DNA of 64,000 nt. Origin: Candidatus Edwardsbacteria bacterium. GTDB taxonomy: Bacteria > Edwardsbacteria > AC1 > EtOH8. The position numbers were made by a program, and so were the translations under genes. This document shows, piece after piece, positions 12,396 through 23,110 of this stretch. Within the stretch, counting starts at the first letter, position 1. Each line of letters opens with the position of its first letter. The notes under the pieces are model-generated. The model had not been told where the DNA came from. It ran no database searches and saw only the letters and a list, made by a program, of their open reading frames with translations. The stretch lies in assembly GCA_020053305.1 (NCBI GenBank), contig JAGVNJ010000050.1:368-64367 (forward strand), given 5' to 3'.

Positions 12396-13484
12396 ATGCC
12401 ACAACCTCCTGCTCACAATATCATCTTTGATGCCCGGATGTACCATCATTCCGGGATCGGCTCATATATCCGCAACCTGGTAGGGCAGTACGTCCAACAG
12501 GGCATTAGCCGTGATATGGTTCTCCTGGGAGACAGGGATATCCCCGACCACGGCCTGAAAACCAGGCATTGTCACTACAAAATCTACGGCTTGGCCGAGC
12601 AGACAATTTTGCCCTTTTCCGTCAGGGCAGCCAGCCTGTTCCATGCCCCGCATTACAACGCTCCGGTGCTTTTCCCGGGGAAATTAGTGGTCACCATCCA
12701 TGATCTGATTCATCTTAACTTTTACAACCAGTTGCCTACGATGCTTCACAAATTGTACGCCAAGATCATGATGGGTATAGTGGTCAACCGGGCTGATGCC
12801 ATTATGACCGACTCGGACTGGACCAGAAACGATATTTTGCGGAGATGGCCCCAGGCGGAATCGAAGATAAAAACGGTTTACTGTGGCGTGTCCGAACCAA
12901 TAGAGCATCCCAGCCCTAAAACTGTGCTGGACAGATACGGTGTTAACAAGCCGTATATCCTTTATCTGGGATTATTGAAAAGGCATAAGAATATAATTCG
13001 GTTGGTAAAATCATTTGAGACTGCCCAAAGATCTTTAAAAGGGAAATATCAACTGGTCATTGCCGGGGATGCCAAAAGCGATGATACGGGTTTGAAGCAG
13101 TATGTTGATGGCTGTGCCGCCAAACATTTGATCCGCCTGACAGGTTTCGTCCCCGGTGCCGATCTGCCGGCCTTGTACGGCCAGGCGGCAGTATTTGCTT
13201 TTCCTTCGACAGCCGAGGGTTTTGGTCTTCCACCGTTAGAAGCCATGTCCTACGGTGTTCCTGTGATATCCAGTAATGCCACCTGTCTGCCTGAGATCTT
13301 GAAGGATGCCCCGCTGTATTTCGATCCGTTCAATACCGATGATATGGCAGCCTGCCTGGAAAGGGCGGTCCGGAACGAAAGCTGGCGGCGCCAGGCCGTT
13401 GAAAAGGGAAGATCGGTGGCGGCCGGCTACCGATGGGAAAATACCGCCCGGGAGTGTCTTGACGTTTACCGGTCGCTTATCTGA
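12396..13484 (+). CDS. Glycosyltransferase family 4
   Basis: [22 protein letters not shown]4 signature. High-GC codon usage resumes here. Confidence 0.85.
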   Translation: MPQPPAHNIIFDARMYHHSGIGSYIRNLVGQYVQQGISRDMVLLGDRDIPDHGLKTRHCHYKIYGLAEQTILPFSVRAASLFHAPHYNAPVLFPGKLVVTIHDLIHLNFYNQLPTMLHKLYAKIMMGIVVNRADAIMTDSDWTRNDILRRWPQAESKIKTVYCGVSEPIEHPSPKTVLDRYGVNKPYILYLGLLKRHKNIIRLVKSFETAQRSLKGKYQLVIAGDAKSDDTGLKQYVDGCAAKHLIRLTGFVPGADLPALYGQAAVFAFPSTAEGFGLPPLEAMSYGVPVISSNATCLPEILKDAPLYFDPFNTDDMAACLERAVRNESWRRQAVEKGRSVAAGYRWENTARECLDVYRSLI

Positions 13485-13547
13485 GGAATCGTTTGGTGGG
13501 GGCTTGTTATTCTGACCAGCAAACATGGATGGAGAAAAGGAACGAAC

Positions 13548-14654
13548 GTGATGCCCGAAAAGCAACATAAGGTCGCCATTATACACGACTGGCTGACAGG
13601 GATGCGGGGCGGGGAGAAAGTGTTGGAATCGCTGTTGGATATTTATCCCGATTCAGATATCTTCACCTTGATTTGGTTAAAGGGAAGCGTCTCTGACAAG
13701 ATAGAGAAACAGAGGATCACCACATCCTTTTTGCATAAGGCACCTTTTATAAGGAACAATTACCGCAATTATCTACCATTATTCCCGATGGCGATAGAAA
13801 GCTTTGATCTTGCCGGCTACGACCTGATCATTTCCTCCAGCCATTGTGTGGCCAAAGGAGTTATTCCCCAGCCGGGAGCACGGCATATCTGCTATTGTTA
13901 TACGCCAATGCGTTATATCTGGGATATGTACTTTCAGTATTTTGGTAAACCTCGAAATCGGCTGGCCGGATTCATATACGGATCAGTTGCCAATTACCTG
14001 CGCATGTGGGATGTCACTGCCAGCAGCCGGGTGGATGAATTTATCGCCATCAGCAACCATGTGTCCCAGCGGATCAGGAGATATTACGGCAGGGCATCAA
14101 CGGTCATCTTCCCTCCGGTTGATAACGAATTTTACAGGCCTGTTTCCGATAAGCCTTTGGCTGAGCCTTATTATTTAGTTGTTTCCGGTCTGGTGCCGTA
14201 TAAAAGAATCGACCTGGCAATCGAGGCCTTTAATCAAACTGGAAAAAAATTGATCATAATAGGGGAAGGACCAGAAAAAAACAGGCTGATAAAAATGGCT
14301 AAAGGCAACATTTCATTTTTGGGCTGGGCCAGCAACCAGGACCTGCGGAAATGGTACAGCCATTGCGAAGCGCTGATCTTTCCCGGTGAGGAGGATTTTG
14401 GTATTGTGCCGGTGGAGGCTCAGGCCTGCGGCCGTCCGGTCGTTGCCTTTGGAAGAGGCGGAGCACTTGATACGATTATTCATGGAAGCACCGGCATTAT
14501 CTTTCCTGAACAAACTGCGGCCAGCTTGATTGAAGCTTTAGATACTCATGAAGCAACCAAATATAATACTAATACAATAATAGAAAATAGCCATCGGTTT
14601 TCCAAGAACGTTTTTATCGGTAAAATCCGCCAATATATTATGCAAAATTGCTAA
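13548..14654 (+). CDS. Glycosyltransferase family 4
   Basis: EDFGIVPVEAQACGRPVVAFGRGG GT4 signature. Confidence 0.85.
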   Translation: MMPEKQHKVAIIHDWLTGMRGGEKVLESLLDIYPDSDIFTLIWLKGSVSDKIEKQRITTSFLHKAPFIRNNYRNYLPLFPMAIESFDLAGYDLIISSSHCVAKGVIPQPGARHICYCYTPMRYIWDMYFQYFGKPRNRLAGFIYGSVANYLRMWDVTASSRVDEFIAISNHVSQRIRRYYGRASTVIFPPVDNEFYRPVSDKPLAEPYYLVVSGLVPYKRIDLAIEAFNQTGKKLIIIGEGPEKNRLIKMAKGNISFLGWASNQDLRKWYSHCEALIFPGEEDFGIVPVEAQACGRPVVAFGRGGALDTIIHGSTGIIFPEQTAASLIEALDTHEATKYNTNTIIENSHRFSKNVFIGKIRQYIMQNC

Positions 14655-14717
14655 ATATTAGATGAATTTCATTCATAATTATACCGGAATCAACCGTATG
14701 GAGCATAGGATTATAAA

Positions 14718-16133
14718 ATGAACCGCAGATGGCAGCTGACATATTCCGGGATAATCATGGCGGCCGATGTATTGGTCATCGCGCTGGCATTTATACTTTC
14801 ATTCTGGCTGCGGTTTGATTCCCATCTGTTGCCCATTCCCCTGGGCCGTCCGCCATTCCAGCCTTATTTGGTAGGCTCCTTGGTGGTGGCCTTTTTATGG
14901 GTCAGCATCTTCTGGCTGCTGGGCCTGTACGAAAACCGCAGCCGGTTCGCTCCCGACGAGGAGATCTACCGGGTGGCCAAGGGCACCTTTGTGGGTATTG
15001 TGGCCATCATGGCCTTTTCCTTTTTCTACCGGGAGGTGGTCTGGTCCCGGCTGGTGCTGGCCATGGCTTCGGTGTTATCATTCTTCCTGCTTTCGGCCCA
15101 GCGGATCGTGGCGGTGAGCCTTTTTAAGAGGATAGTAGCCAAGCATGGCGTCGGGCTAAGAAGGACCGCCATCATCGGCAGCGGGGATATCGCCCTGAAG
15201 ATCATCGAGCAATTGAAATTCAATCCCGAGTACGGCTATGGGATAGAATGCCTGATCTCGGCCAACGGCGTAGATGAACCGGCCTTCAGCGAGACATCCG
15301 TCAAAAAACTGGAGATCAAAAAGTACAGCGAGATCTCCCGGCTGATAGATGAATACCGGCTGGATGCCCTGTTCATAGTCCTGCCCCACGACATGCAGTC
15401 CGCTGTCATCGAGATCGTCAACTCCACCGAACACCGCCCGGTGGAATTGAAATTCGTTCCCGATCTGATGGATATGATCGGCCGGGACACCAGCATCTCC
15501 CAGCTGGGCAATATCCCGGTCATAGGCCTGCGGGAGCTGCCCCTGACCGAGTGGGACCTGATCAACAAAAGGATCTTCGACCTGACCGCCTCCACCCTGG
15601 GCCTGATCGTCCTTTCGCCGCTGTACCTGCTGCTGGCTGGGCTTATTAAATTCACTTCGCCGGGGCCGGTATTCTATGCCCAGGAGCGGGTGGGGTATGA
15701 CGGAGAGCCGTTCAATATGCTGAAATTCCGCTCCATGCGGATGGGGGCCGAGGAGAAGACCGGGCCGGTGTGGACCAAACAGAACGATGACCGCCGGACC
15801 CCGCTGGGCACTTTCCTGCGCAAATACAGCCTGGACGAGCTTCCCCAGCTTTTCAATGTCATTAGAGGGGATATGAGCCTGGTGGGGCCCCGGCCGGAAC
15901 GGCCGTTCTTTGTGGAAAAATTCAAGGACCAGATCCCCCGCTATGCCTCCCGGCACAGGATGAAATCCGGCGTCACCGGCTGGGCCCAGGTCAACGGCTG
16001 GAGGGGGGATACCTCGATCGTGGAGCGCACCAAATGCGATATCTTCTATATCGAGAACTGGTCGCTGTTCCTGGACATCAAGATACTGATCCGGACCGTG
16101 CTGCAGGTGATATTCCCCCGGAATGCCTATTGA
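14718..16133 (+). CDS. Undecaprenyl-phosphate sugar phosphotransferase, large polytopic (WbaP/exopolysaccharide priming PGT)
   Basis: Four to five N-terminal TM segments, followed by a CoA-binding-like region. C-terminal bacterial sugar-transferase core (KFRSM, DELPQLFNVIRGDMSLVGPRPE). Confidence 0.85.
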   Translation: MNRRWQLTYSGIIMAADVLVIALAFILSFWLRFDSHLLPIPLGRPPFQPYLVGSLVVAFLWVSIFWLLGLYENRSRFAPDEEIYRVAKGTFVGIVAIMAFSFFYREVVWSRLVLAMASVLSFFLLSAQRIVAVSLFKRIVAKHGVGLRRTAIIGSGDIALKIIEQLKFNPEYGYGIECLISANGVDEPAFSETSVKKLEIKKYSEISRLIDEYRLDALFIVLPHDMQSAVIEIVNSTEHRPVELKFVPDLMDMIGRDTSISQLGNIPVIGLRELPLTEWDLINKRIFDLTASTLGLIVLSPLYLLLAGLIKFTSPGPVFYAQERVGYDGEPFNMLKFRSMRMGAEEKTGPVWTKQNDDRRTPLGTFLRKYSLDELPQLFNVIRGDMSLVGPRPERPFFVEKFKDQIPRYASRHRMKSGVTGWAQVNGWRGDTSIVERTKCDIFYIENWSLFLDIKILIRTVLQVIFPRNAY

Positions 16134-16260
16134 AATCTGCTGAAGGGTATGGTACTGCCGTATGATTGCCTATAAAAGATTAAGGTTGATAACCCTGATT
16201 GGTGCTATTGAAACTATAAAGTGGAAGCGTTTTTGACCATTTAAGAAAGGAATTGATACC

Positions 16261-17079
16261 ATGTCCGAACAAGATAACGAAATGGCAACATTGTGGCGAA
16301 TTATTAAACCGCACTGGCTGTTAATCATCACATGCGGGATCATTCTATCAGCTATCGGCTTGTTCAGTCAGATGGCTTCACCCAAGGTTTTCCAAGGTGA
16401 AGTCCTGATTGCGCTACCCAAAGTTCCGGGAGCCAACCCGGACAACGAGGACACTACGTTTGTCAGCGTTCCCGAAACCAGGGCGGTAATCACCCAGCTT
16501 CAGAACCGGCTCCGACAAGGCGATGAGACTGACTTGAAATCGGATTCCCTTTTAAAGAAGCTTCATCTTGTCAGAATCGATGATATCCGAGGCTCAGGCA
16601 ACTACTTCAAGATGACAATCCGATCGCAAAGCGAACCACAGGCGGTCTTGGCCACTCTGGATCGCTTGGTAAGCTATTTGAATAATAGCCAGTTTCTAAT
16701 GAGTGGGTACGAACTTAAAAGAAGTGAAATGGAGGCCGGGTTCCAGGATGTTGCCCTGGCCATGGAAAGGGCCACCAAGCTTAAGGAGGTGGGTGATAGG
16801 TTGGTCAGGCAAAGGGCCAATGTGGGGTTCAATCCGGTAGAATTGGAAACCAAAATGAACGAATTGCAGGGAAGGTACCTCCGCCTTAAGACACAGTTAT
16901 CGCTGGTTCACAACTATCGGTATGTTGATCCCCCCTATGTTCGGAATAGTCCGATAAGCCCAAGGCCTTGGAGGACCTTTTTCCTTTACGGGTTCTTGGG
17001 CCTGATTCTAGGGCTAATGTTGACGATGCTTGCCCATTTTATCAGGACGGCTGTCTTGGGGCGGCAGGGTGAAAAATAA
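16261..17079 (+). CDS. Membrane protein with Wzz-like topology (second chain-length-determinant-like protein)
   Basis: TM near each terminus with a coiled-coil-rich central region. No catalytic motifs. Confidence 0.35.
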   Translation: MSEQDNEMATLWRIIKPHWLLIITCGIILSAIGLFSQMASPKVFQGEVLIALPKVPGANPDNEDTTFVSVPETRAVITQLQNRLRQGDETDLKSDSLLKKLHLVRIDDIRGSGNYFKMTIRSQSEPQAVLATLDRLVSYLNNSQFLMSGYELKRSEMEAGFQDVALAMERATKLKEVGDRLVRQRANVGFNPVELETKMNELQGRYLRLKTQLSLVHNYRYVDPPYVRNSPISPRPWRTFFLYGFLGLILGLMLTMLAHFIRTAVLGRQGEK

Positions 17080-17122
17080 ACCCCGGAAACTTGGGGCTGA
17101 AAATAAGCTGATGAGTGTCTGA

Positions 17123-18418
17123 ATGTATAGATTTAATATTAATCATTTATCCGCAAATTCTAAAAGGCTGGCTAGTAATTTCTTGTCTTTGTCCGTGCTG
17201 CAGGGAATGAATTATTTATTTCCGATAATAACTGCACCATATTTGATCAGGGTCATCGGCATCCAGAAATACGGGCTGTGGGCCACGGCCTCGGTGCTGC
17301 TGACCTATTTCCAGATGCTGACCGACTACGGCTTCAACCTCTCGGCCACCAAGGAAATATCCGTAAACCGCCACGACCTCAAAAAGACCTCGGAGATATT
17401 CAGCTCAGTGATGACTATCAAGAGCGGCTTATTCCTGGCCAGCATCATCCTGATGCTGGCTCTGACCTACAGCGTGCCCCTGTTTAAGGCTGATCACGTC
17501 TTCTATTTGGTGACCTTTTCCGGCCTGCTGGGCCACGTCCTGTTCCCCATCTGGTATTTTCAGGGTATAGAGCGGATGAAGTACATCACCTACCTCAACC
17601 TGGCCTCCCGGACGGCGGTGTTCATCCTGCTCTTCATCGTCATCCGGCAGGAGGGCGACTACCTAAAGTATGCGGCCCTCAACTCCGGCGCGTTGATCCT
17701 GACCGGGGCGTTAAGCCTTTGGGTCGTCCTCAATGACTTCGGGGTCAGGTACGTTATTCCCAGGGCCTCAAGCCTGAGGGCGAGCCTGGCAGAGGGCTGG
17801 CATATTTTCGTCTCCACCTTCAGCGTCAACCTCTACATGAACACCAACGTCCTGATTTTGCGGTTTTTCGCCAGCGAGGCGGCGGTGGGATATTATTATG
17901 TGGCCGACCGTTGCATTACGGCCTTAAGAAGTCTGGCCAGCATCATATTTCAGGCGATCTACCCCCATGTTTGCGCCCGGGCCGGGGAATCAAAGGAGCA
18001 GTTCAACCGGTTCTTCCGGAGGGCCTCGCTGCCCATCTTCGGGCTGTTCCTCATCGCCTGCACGGGCCTGTTTCTGCTGGCTGGTCCGGTGGTTTTCTTT
18101 TTCACCGGAAAACAGGCGGCGGAGGCTGTTACGGCCTTAAGGGTCCTGGGCTTCGTGCCGTTGGTGGTGGCGCTGAACATCCCGGCCTATCAGACCCTGC
18201 TGGCCTACGGCCTGAAGAAAAGCTACACCGCTGTCTTGGTATCGGGCTCGGCGCTCAATCTCGGCCTGAATTTCCTGCTGGCCCCCAAATATTACGGCGC
18301 CGGCACGGCCCTGGCGGTGCTGTTGACCGAGGCCTACATAACCCTGGGGCTTTACCTGATGATAGAGCTGAAGCATAAGGAACATTCACTATTGAGAACG
18401 GCGGAAGACAAGCCATGA
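17123..18418 (+). CDS. wzx: Oligosaccharide flippase (Wzx), GC-rich resident copy
   Basis: Same N-terminal signature block as 8647..9906 (LQGMNYLFPIITAPYLIRVIGIQKYG...DYGFNLSATKEIS). Multi-TM. Confidence 0.8.
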   Translation: MYRFNINHLSANSKRLASNFLSLSVLQGMNYLFPIITAPYLIRVIGIQKYGLWATASVLLTYFQMLTDYGFNLSATKEISVNRHDLKKTSEIFSSVMTIKSGLFLASIILMLALTYSVPLFKADHVFYLVTFSGLLGHVLFPIWYFQGIERMKYITYLNLASRTAVFILLFIVIRQEGDYLKYAALNSGALILTGALSLWVVLNDFGVRYVIPRASSLRASLAEGWHIFVSTFSVNLYMNTNVLILRFFASEAAVGYYYVADRCITALRSLASIIFQAIYPHVCARAGESKEQFNRFFRRASLPIFGLFLIACTGLFLLAGPVVFFFTGKQAAEAVTALRVLGFVPLVVALNIPAYQTLLAYGLKKSYTAVLVSGSALNLGLNFLLAPKYYGAGTALAVLLTEAYITLGLYLMIELKHKEHSLLRTAEDKP

Positions 18419-19116
18419 ACGACCGTACACAAAAATTCTACAACGCCAAGGACCGGGCCTATTACGCCCACGCCCGGACCGACATCACGGCAATGGTACA
18501 GGGGCGGGACTTAAAGGTGCTGGATGTCGGCTGCGGCCAGGGCGCCACCCTGCTTGAGTTGAAAAGATCGGGACAGGCCGCGGTGGTGGTGGGGGTGGAG
18601 ATCAATCCCGAGGCCGCCAGGGAGGCCGGGTACCTTTTGGACTGGGTGATCGTCGGGGACATAGAGAACCTGGATCTGAACTATCCCAACGGCTATTTCG
18701 ACCTGATAATCCTGTCGGACGTGCTAGAGCACCTGGTGGACCCTTGGAGTACTTTGAAGAAACTGAAAAAATATCTGGCCCATGAAGGCAGGGTGATCGC
18801 CAGCCTTCCCAACCTCAGGGAATTCGGGACAATTCGCCGGCTACTATTCCAAGGGGACTTCAAATATTCCCAGGCCGGGATAATGGATAAAACCCATCTG
18901 AGATTTTTCTGCAAAAAGAACATGGTGGAGCTTTTTCAGGACGGCTTCGAGATCACCGAGATCAAAACAGTCCCGGAGCTTTTAAGGGGCGAGGTGGCCC
19001 TGTTCAACCGGTTGACCTTCAGGATATTCGAGGAGTTTCTGGTCATCCAGTACATCATTGAAGCCCGGAACAAGATCATCCCCGGACAAGCGCCCGAAGG
19101 GGGCAGGAATGGCTGA
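18415..19116 (+). CDS. Class I SAM-dependent methyltransferase
   Basis: Motif I VLDVGCGQG and downstream acidic motif II (LIILSDVLEHL). Confidence 0.8.
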   Translation: MNDRTQKFYNAKDRAYYAHARTDITAMVQGRDLKVLDVGCGQGATLLELKRSGQAAVVVGVEINPEAAREAGYLLDWVIVGDIENLDLNYPNGYFDLIILSDVLEHLVDPWSTLKKLKKYLAHEGRVIASLPNLREFGTIRRLLFQGDFKYSQAGIMDKTHLRFFCKKNMVELFQDGFEITEIKTVPELLRGEVALFNRLTFRIFEEFLVIQYIIEARNKIIPGQAPEGGRNG

Positions 19117-19996
19117 CCGTCCGCTGGTCTACATCATCGTCCTGAACTACAACGGATGCCGGGACACCGAGGAATGCCTGGAGAGCCTGGAAGGGGTTTC
19201 CTACGGCAACTTCCGGGTGGTTGTGGTCGACAATTGCTCGGACGACGGCTCGGAAGCGGAGATCAAAGCCAAATATCCCGGGCATACTTTCATCCAGACC
19301 GGAAAGAACCTGGGATACGCCGGAGGTAACAATAAGGGGATTGGGTTGGCCCTGGAGAACCAGGCCGACTATATCTGTCTGCTGAATAACGACACCACCG
19401 TGATCCCGGATTTTTTGGAGCCTTTGGTAAATTTACTGGAGCAGGATAAGGCCGTCGGCATCGCCGGCCCCAAGGTCTGCGACTATTACGACCAGGAAAT
19501 CATCCAGGCCACCGGATCCAAGGCCGACCTGTTCCTGGGAAAATTCTACCAGCTCAACCGAGGCAAGAAAAAAGACCAGGTCCAGGGTGTGCTGGAGGTG
19601 GACTATGTGGCCGGGGCCTGCCTGCTGATCCGGAGCGGACTGATATCAAAGATCGGGCTGGTCCCGGAGGAATATTTCCTGTTCTTTGAGGAGACCGAGT
19701 GGTGTTTGAAGGCCAAACGGGCCGGGCAGAGGGTGGTCTGCGTCTGCGAAAGCCTGATCCACCACAAGGGGTCCAAGTCCACCGAGAAGGTCAGCGGGAT
19801 CCAGGAATATTACATGACTCGGAACCAGATCATTTTCGAAATTAGAAACGCCAGCGAAATCCAGTGGGTGGTTTTCTATTTATACCGGTTGTTCCAGATA
19901 GCCTTAAGCCTGGCCAAGGGCATTTTCACAGGTCGTTTTAACCGCGACATGCTGAAGGGATTCAGGGACGGCATGAGGTACCGCAGGGATGGATGA
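19109..19996 (+). CDS. Glycosyltransferase family 2
   Basis: YIIVLNYNG...VVVDNCSDDGS GT2 motifs. Start placed at the internal ATG that overlaps the methyltransferase stop. Confidence 0.8.
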   Translation: MADRPLVYIIVLNYNGCRDTEECLESLEGVSYGNFRVVVVDNCSDDGSEAEIKAKYPGHTFIQTGKNLGYAGGNNKGIGLALENQADYICLLNNDTTVIPDFLEPLVNLLEQDKAVGIAGPKVCDYYDQEIIQATGSKADLFLGKFYQLNRGKKKDQVQGVLEVDYVAGACLLIRSGLISKIGLVPEEYFLFFEETEWCLKAKRAGQRVVCVCESLIHHKGSKSTEKVSGIQEYYMTRNQIIFEIRNASEIQWVVFYLYRLFQIALSLAKGIFTGRFNRDMLKGFRDGMRYRRDG

Positions 19997-20906
19997 TAGG
20001 ATCAAAAATGCCAGGGAAGCGGCCAAGCCGGGGACCGGCCTTCCGGAAGGGACCGTCAGGGGACTGGTCAGTATCATAATCCCCACCCATAATTCAGAGG
20101 ACTACGTCTGCCAGGCGGTGGATTCCTGCCTCAGCCAGACCTACCGCCTGGTAGAGATAATAGTGGTGGACGACGGCTCCACCGACGGCACCAGGCAAAG
20201 GTTGAAAAGTTACGCCGACCGGGGGGAGATAATATACATATATCAGGAGAACGGGGAGCGCTCCCGGGCCCGTAACCGGGGGCTGAACCAGGCCCGGGGA
20301 GAGTTCATCCAGTTTCTGGACGATGACGACCTGCTGGAAAAGGAAAAACTGGAGAAGCAGGCCGCTTTCCTGAAAGAGAATCCCGGCTGCTTCGGGGTCT
20401 ATTGCGCCGCCTCCCATTTCGGGGAGGTGGAGGAAAAATTCCGGAGATATCCCCGGCCCCATGCCGGGGTGATCACCAGGGACATCATCCGGGGCAATTT
20501 CATCCTGATCAACACCATGCTGACCCGGAGGGCGGAGGTCAGATTCGACGAAAACTTTCGCACCCTGGAGGACTGGTACTATTGGTTCCAGATCAGCCTG
20601 GGGAGGAGGAAATTCGGATACATTGCTGAAAAGCTTTGCCGGGTCCGGAGGCATGTCGGGAACACATCGAAGGATGGGCTGGCCATGCTCCGGGGGGAGC
20701 TGGCGGTCCTGGACAAAATGGAGTCTGCCGGTGTTTTTTCAAGCGAGGTCAGGTATTACCGCTTCGAGCGGATGTACCTTTTGGGGATGAAAGGAAGCTG
20801 GCGGACAATGGGTAAGGCGGCAGCCATGGACGGCAGAAAGATATTTGCCTGCCTGGGGTTCCTGACCAAGACGGCCGCCAGAAAGATTTTAATCCGGAAA
20901 CAGTGA
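19989..20906 (+). CDS. Glycosyltransferase family 2
   Basis: SIIIPTHNSEDYV...VVDDGSTDGT GT2 motifs, followed by a DDDD region. Confidence 0.8.
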   Translation: MDDRIKNAREAAKPGTGLPEGTVRGLVSIIIPTHNSEDYVCQAVDSCLSQTYRLVEIIVVDDGSTDGTRQRLKSYADRGEIIYIYQENGERSRARNRGLNQARGEFIQFLDDDDLLEKEKLEKQAAFLKENPGCFGVYCAASHFGEVEEKFRRYPRPHAGVITRDIIRGNFILINTMLTRRAEVRFDENFRTLEDWYYWFQISLGRRKFGYIAEKLCRVRRHVGNTSKDGLAMLRGELAVLDKMESAGVFSSEVRYYRFERMYLLGMKGSWRTMGKAAAMDGRKIFACLGFLTKTAARKILIRKQ

Positions 20907-21011
20907 CTGCCAGATCCATGGCTGGCTGACACCCAAAATATCGGGAAGGCAAGCCGGCATGAAAAAACAATTGACGGGGAGAGGGATATTGTCGGAAACA
21001 AGGGGCAGGGG

Positions 21012-21875
21012 ATGAACATCACCGCGGTAGTGGTCCTGTACCAACTCCGGCCGGATCAGTCGCCCACCATCGCCACCCTAGCCCGCTCCTATCAGCGCAT
21101 AAGGGGAAGCGGGGCGGGAGTGTATCTGATCATTTTCGACAACAGCCCAAAACCGCAACAGGTGGACATCCCGCTGCCGTTCGAGCACCGGTATGTCCAT
21201 GACGCCACAAACGGTGGCCTGGCCCAAGCCTACAACTTCGCTCTGGACTCGGACCCCGGCAGCGCCAGCCAATGGCTGCTGCTTTTGGATCAGGACTCAA
21301 CGCTCCCCGATGATTTCCTGGAAGAGGTTTTTAAGGCCCTGGCCCTGATCGGGCAGGATGACTTGGTGGCGGCGGCGGTCCCCAAGGTCCTCCAGCACGG
21401 CCGTCCGATATCGCCGGCCCTGGTCAAAGGCGGCCGGATCAGACCGATCCCAAAACCCATCACGGGAGTCTGCCCGTTCCCGGTCACGGCCATAAATGCA
21501 GGCACCTTGATACGGAAAAATTTCCTGTACGCGATCGGAGGTTTCAACCGACAATTTAAACTGGATTACCTAGATCACTGGCTTTTCGCTGAGATCAAGC
21601 GGCGAGGGAAAAAAGTGTATATCACAGGGGCTGTCAGCAACCACGATCTATCGATAGGAAACACTAATCACCCGGTGTCAGCCGAACGCTATTTATCCAT
21701 CCTTAAGGCTGAGACCCTTTTCTACATGGCCTACAGTGATGGCGGCAATTATTTATGCCACCTATTCAACTTGGCTTTTAGGGCTGGACGACAATACTTG
21801 CTAGGGCAAGCGGAGTTTTCCCGATTGACCGTAAGGCATTTTCTCGGCACAATAAATAACCGATGGAATTCATGA
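21012..21875 (+). CDS. Glycosyltransferase family 2-like (rhamnosyltransferase-type)
   Basis: N-terminal AVVVLYQ...IFDNSP and LLLDQDS (DxDD-like) resemble GT2. Weaker match than the neighbours. Confidence 0.5.
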   Translation: MNITAVVVLYQLRPDQSPTIATLARSYQRIRGSGAGVYLIIFDNSPKPQQVDIPLPFEHRYVHDATNGGLAQAYNFALDSDPGSASQWLLLLDQDSTLPDDFLEEVFKALALIGQDDLVAAAVPKVLQHGRPISPALVKGGRIRPIPKPITGVCPFPVTAINAGTLIRKNFLYAIGGFNRQFKLDYLDHWLFAEIKRRGKKVYITGAVSNHDLSIGNTNHPVSAERYLSILKAETLFYMAYSDGGNYLCHLFNLAFRAGRQYLLGQAEFSRLTVRHFLGTINNRWNS

Positions 21876-23110
21876 ATAAATCGATGGTAATAATAGTTAC
21901 TATCTGTCTTTGGATCTATTGTTTTATAGCATATTTCGATCCTTCGGACCTTGTCTTGGGGGCTAAGCTGCCACTGTTTGCTTTGATCCTGCTGACCTTC
22001 CTGATAATTCGGCTTAAGAGCGGCGGAGCCCTGCCTCGAGATCTGCTAGTGAGGGTTTCTTTGATCGCCTTGATTATCCCAGCTTTCTACCTGGGTATCT
22101 TTCTGGTGCGGCACCCTGGGCAAAGCTTAGTTGACGGCCTGTCCCTGGCCAAAGGGCTTTTGGCTATTATGCTTGTACTGCCGGTTGTCACCTTGAGGAT
22201 TGACCTGAAAAAACCGGTGCTGCTCTGCAGCGGCCTTATGATTCTTTTCATTATTAGCCTTCAGGTTTGTTCCTCTTTGAATCCGTGGCTCTTTCAAAAA
22301 ATATCTGTCTTTCTAACAGGCAATTATGTGGCGCTGATTGGCTCCCGCAGTTTCGGGGAACTTAATTTTGCCATGATATTTTTTATCACTACTCCGCTTT
22401 TGGTCATTCCGGTGCCATTCCTGGTCGGGGCGGCCTTCGCTGTAAAAGGCGGCTGGTGGCGGAGATCCGGCGCCATTTCTTTTTTGCTCCTGATACTGCT
22501 AGCTTCCTTCTTCTCGGCATCAAGGGCGGTCTTCCTCGTGCTGCTGACGGAATGTCTGGCTTGTTTTTTGATTGCCGCCAGACACCGACCCGGGCTTTTT
22601 GCGGGGGGGGTGATGCTGTCTGTCACCTTCTCCTTGTTGGCTCTGCTGGTTCTTCATAGGTCATCGTTGTTTTCAGCGGAGGAACAGTCGAACATGATCA
22701 AAATAGCGCATTTTGAATCTTTTTTGGACCATATTGATGAAAAGCCCGTAATTCTGTTAACCGGAGATGGTCTGGGGGCCAGCTATAACAGCCGTGCCCC
22801 GGGGGTCAACCGTGAGGTATACCAGACTGAACTAACTTATCTTGATATTATCAGGTATTCAGGTTTAGCAGGATTTCTGATTTTCTTGCTGCTGCTAATA
22901 GTTCCTTTTTGCACCACGAAATTCGACTTTTTAAACCTTACTGGTTTTTTTGCTTACCTGCTGGTGGCCGGAAGCAACCCGCTTCTGTTCAACTCCACCG
23001 GGATGCTGGCGGTCACCTATTTTTGGTCTCAGCAATATTCTTTGGGACGAATGAAATGTCAGGGTAATCCTTCATGTACCTCAGTTGCCCCATATGGTGC
23101 TGTCCTATGA
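21863..23110 (+). CDS. Polytopic membrane protein, candidate O-antigen polymerase (Wzy-like)
   Basis: About 10 TM segments with a large loop in the C-terminal half. Sits between glycosyltransferases. No diagnostic motif. Confidence 0.45.
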   Translation: MEFMNKSMVIIVTICLWIYCFIAYFDPSDLVLGAKLPLFALILLTFLIIRLKSGGALPRDLLVRVSLIALIIPAFYLGIFLVRHPGQSLVDGLSLAKGLLAIMLVLPVVTLRIDLKKPVLLCSGLMILFIISLQVCSSLNPWLFQKISVFLTGNYVALIGSRSFGELNFAMIFFITTPLLVIPVPFLVGAAFAVKGGWWRRSGAISFLLLILLASFFSASRAVFLVLLTECLACFLIAARHRPGLFAGGVMLSVTFSLLALLVLHRSSLFSAEEQSNMIKIAHFESFLDHIDEKPVILLTGDGLGASYNSRAPGVNREVYQTELTYLDIIRYSGLAGFLIFLLLLIVPFCTTKFDFLNLTGFFAYLLVAGSNPLLFNSTGMLAVTYFWSQQYSLGRMKCQGNPSCTSVAPYGAVL

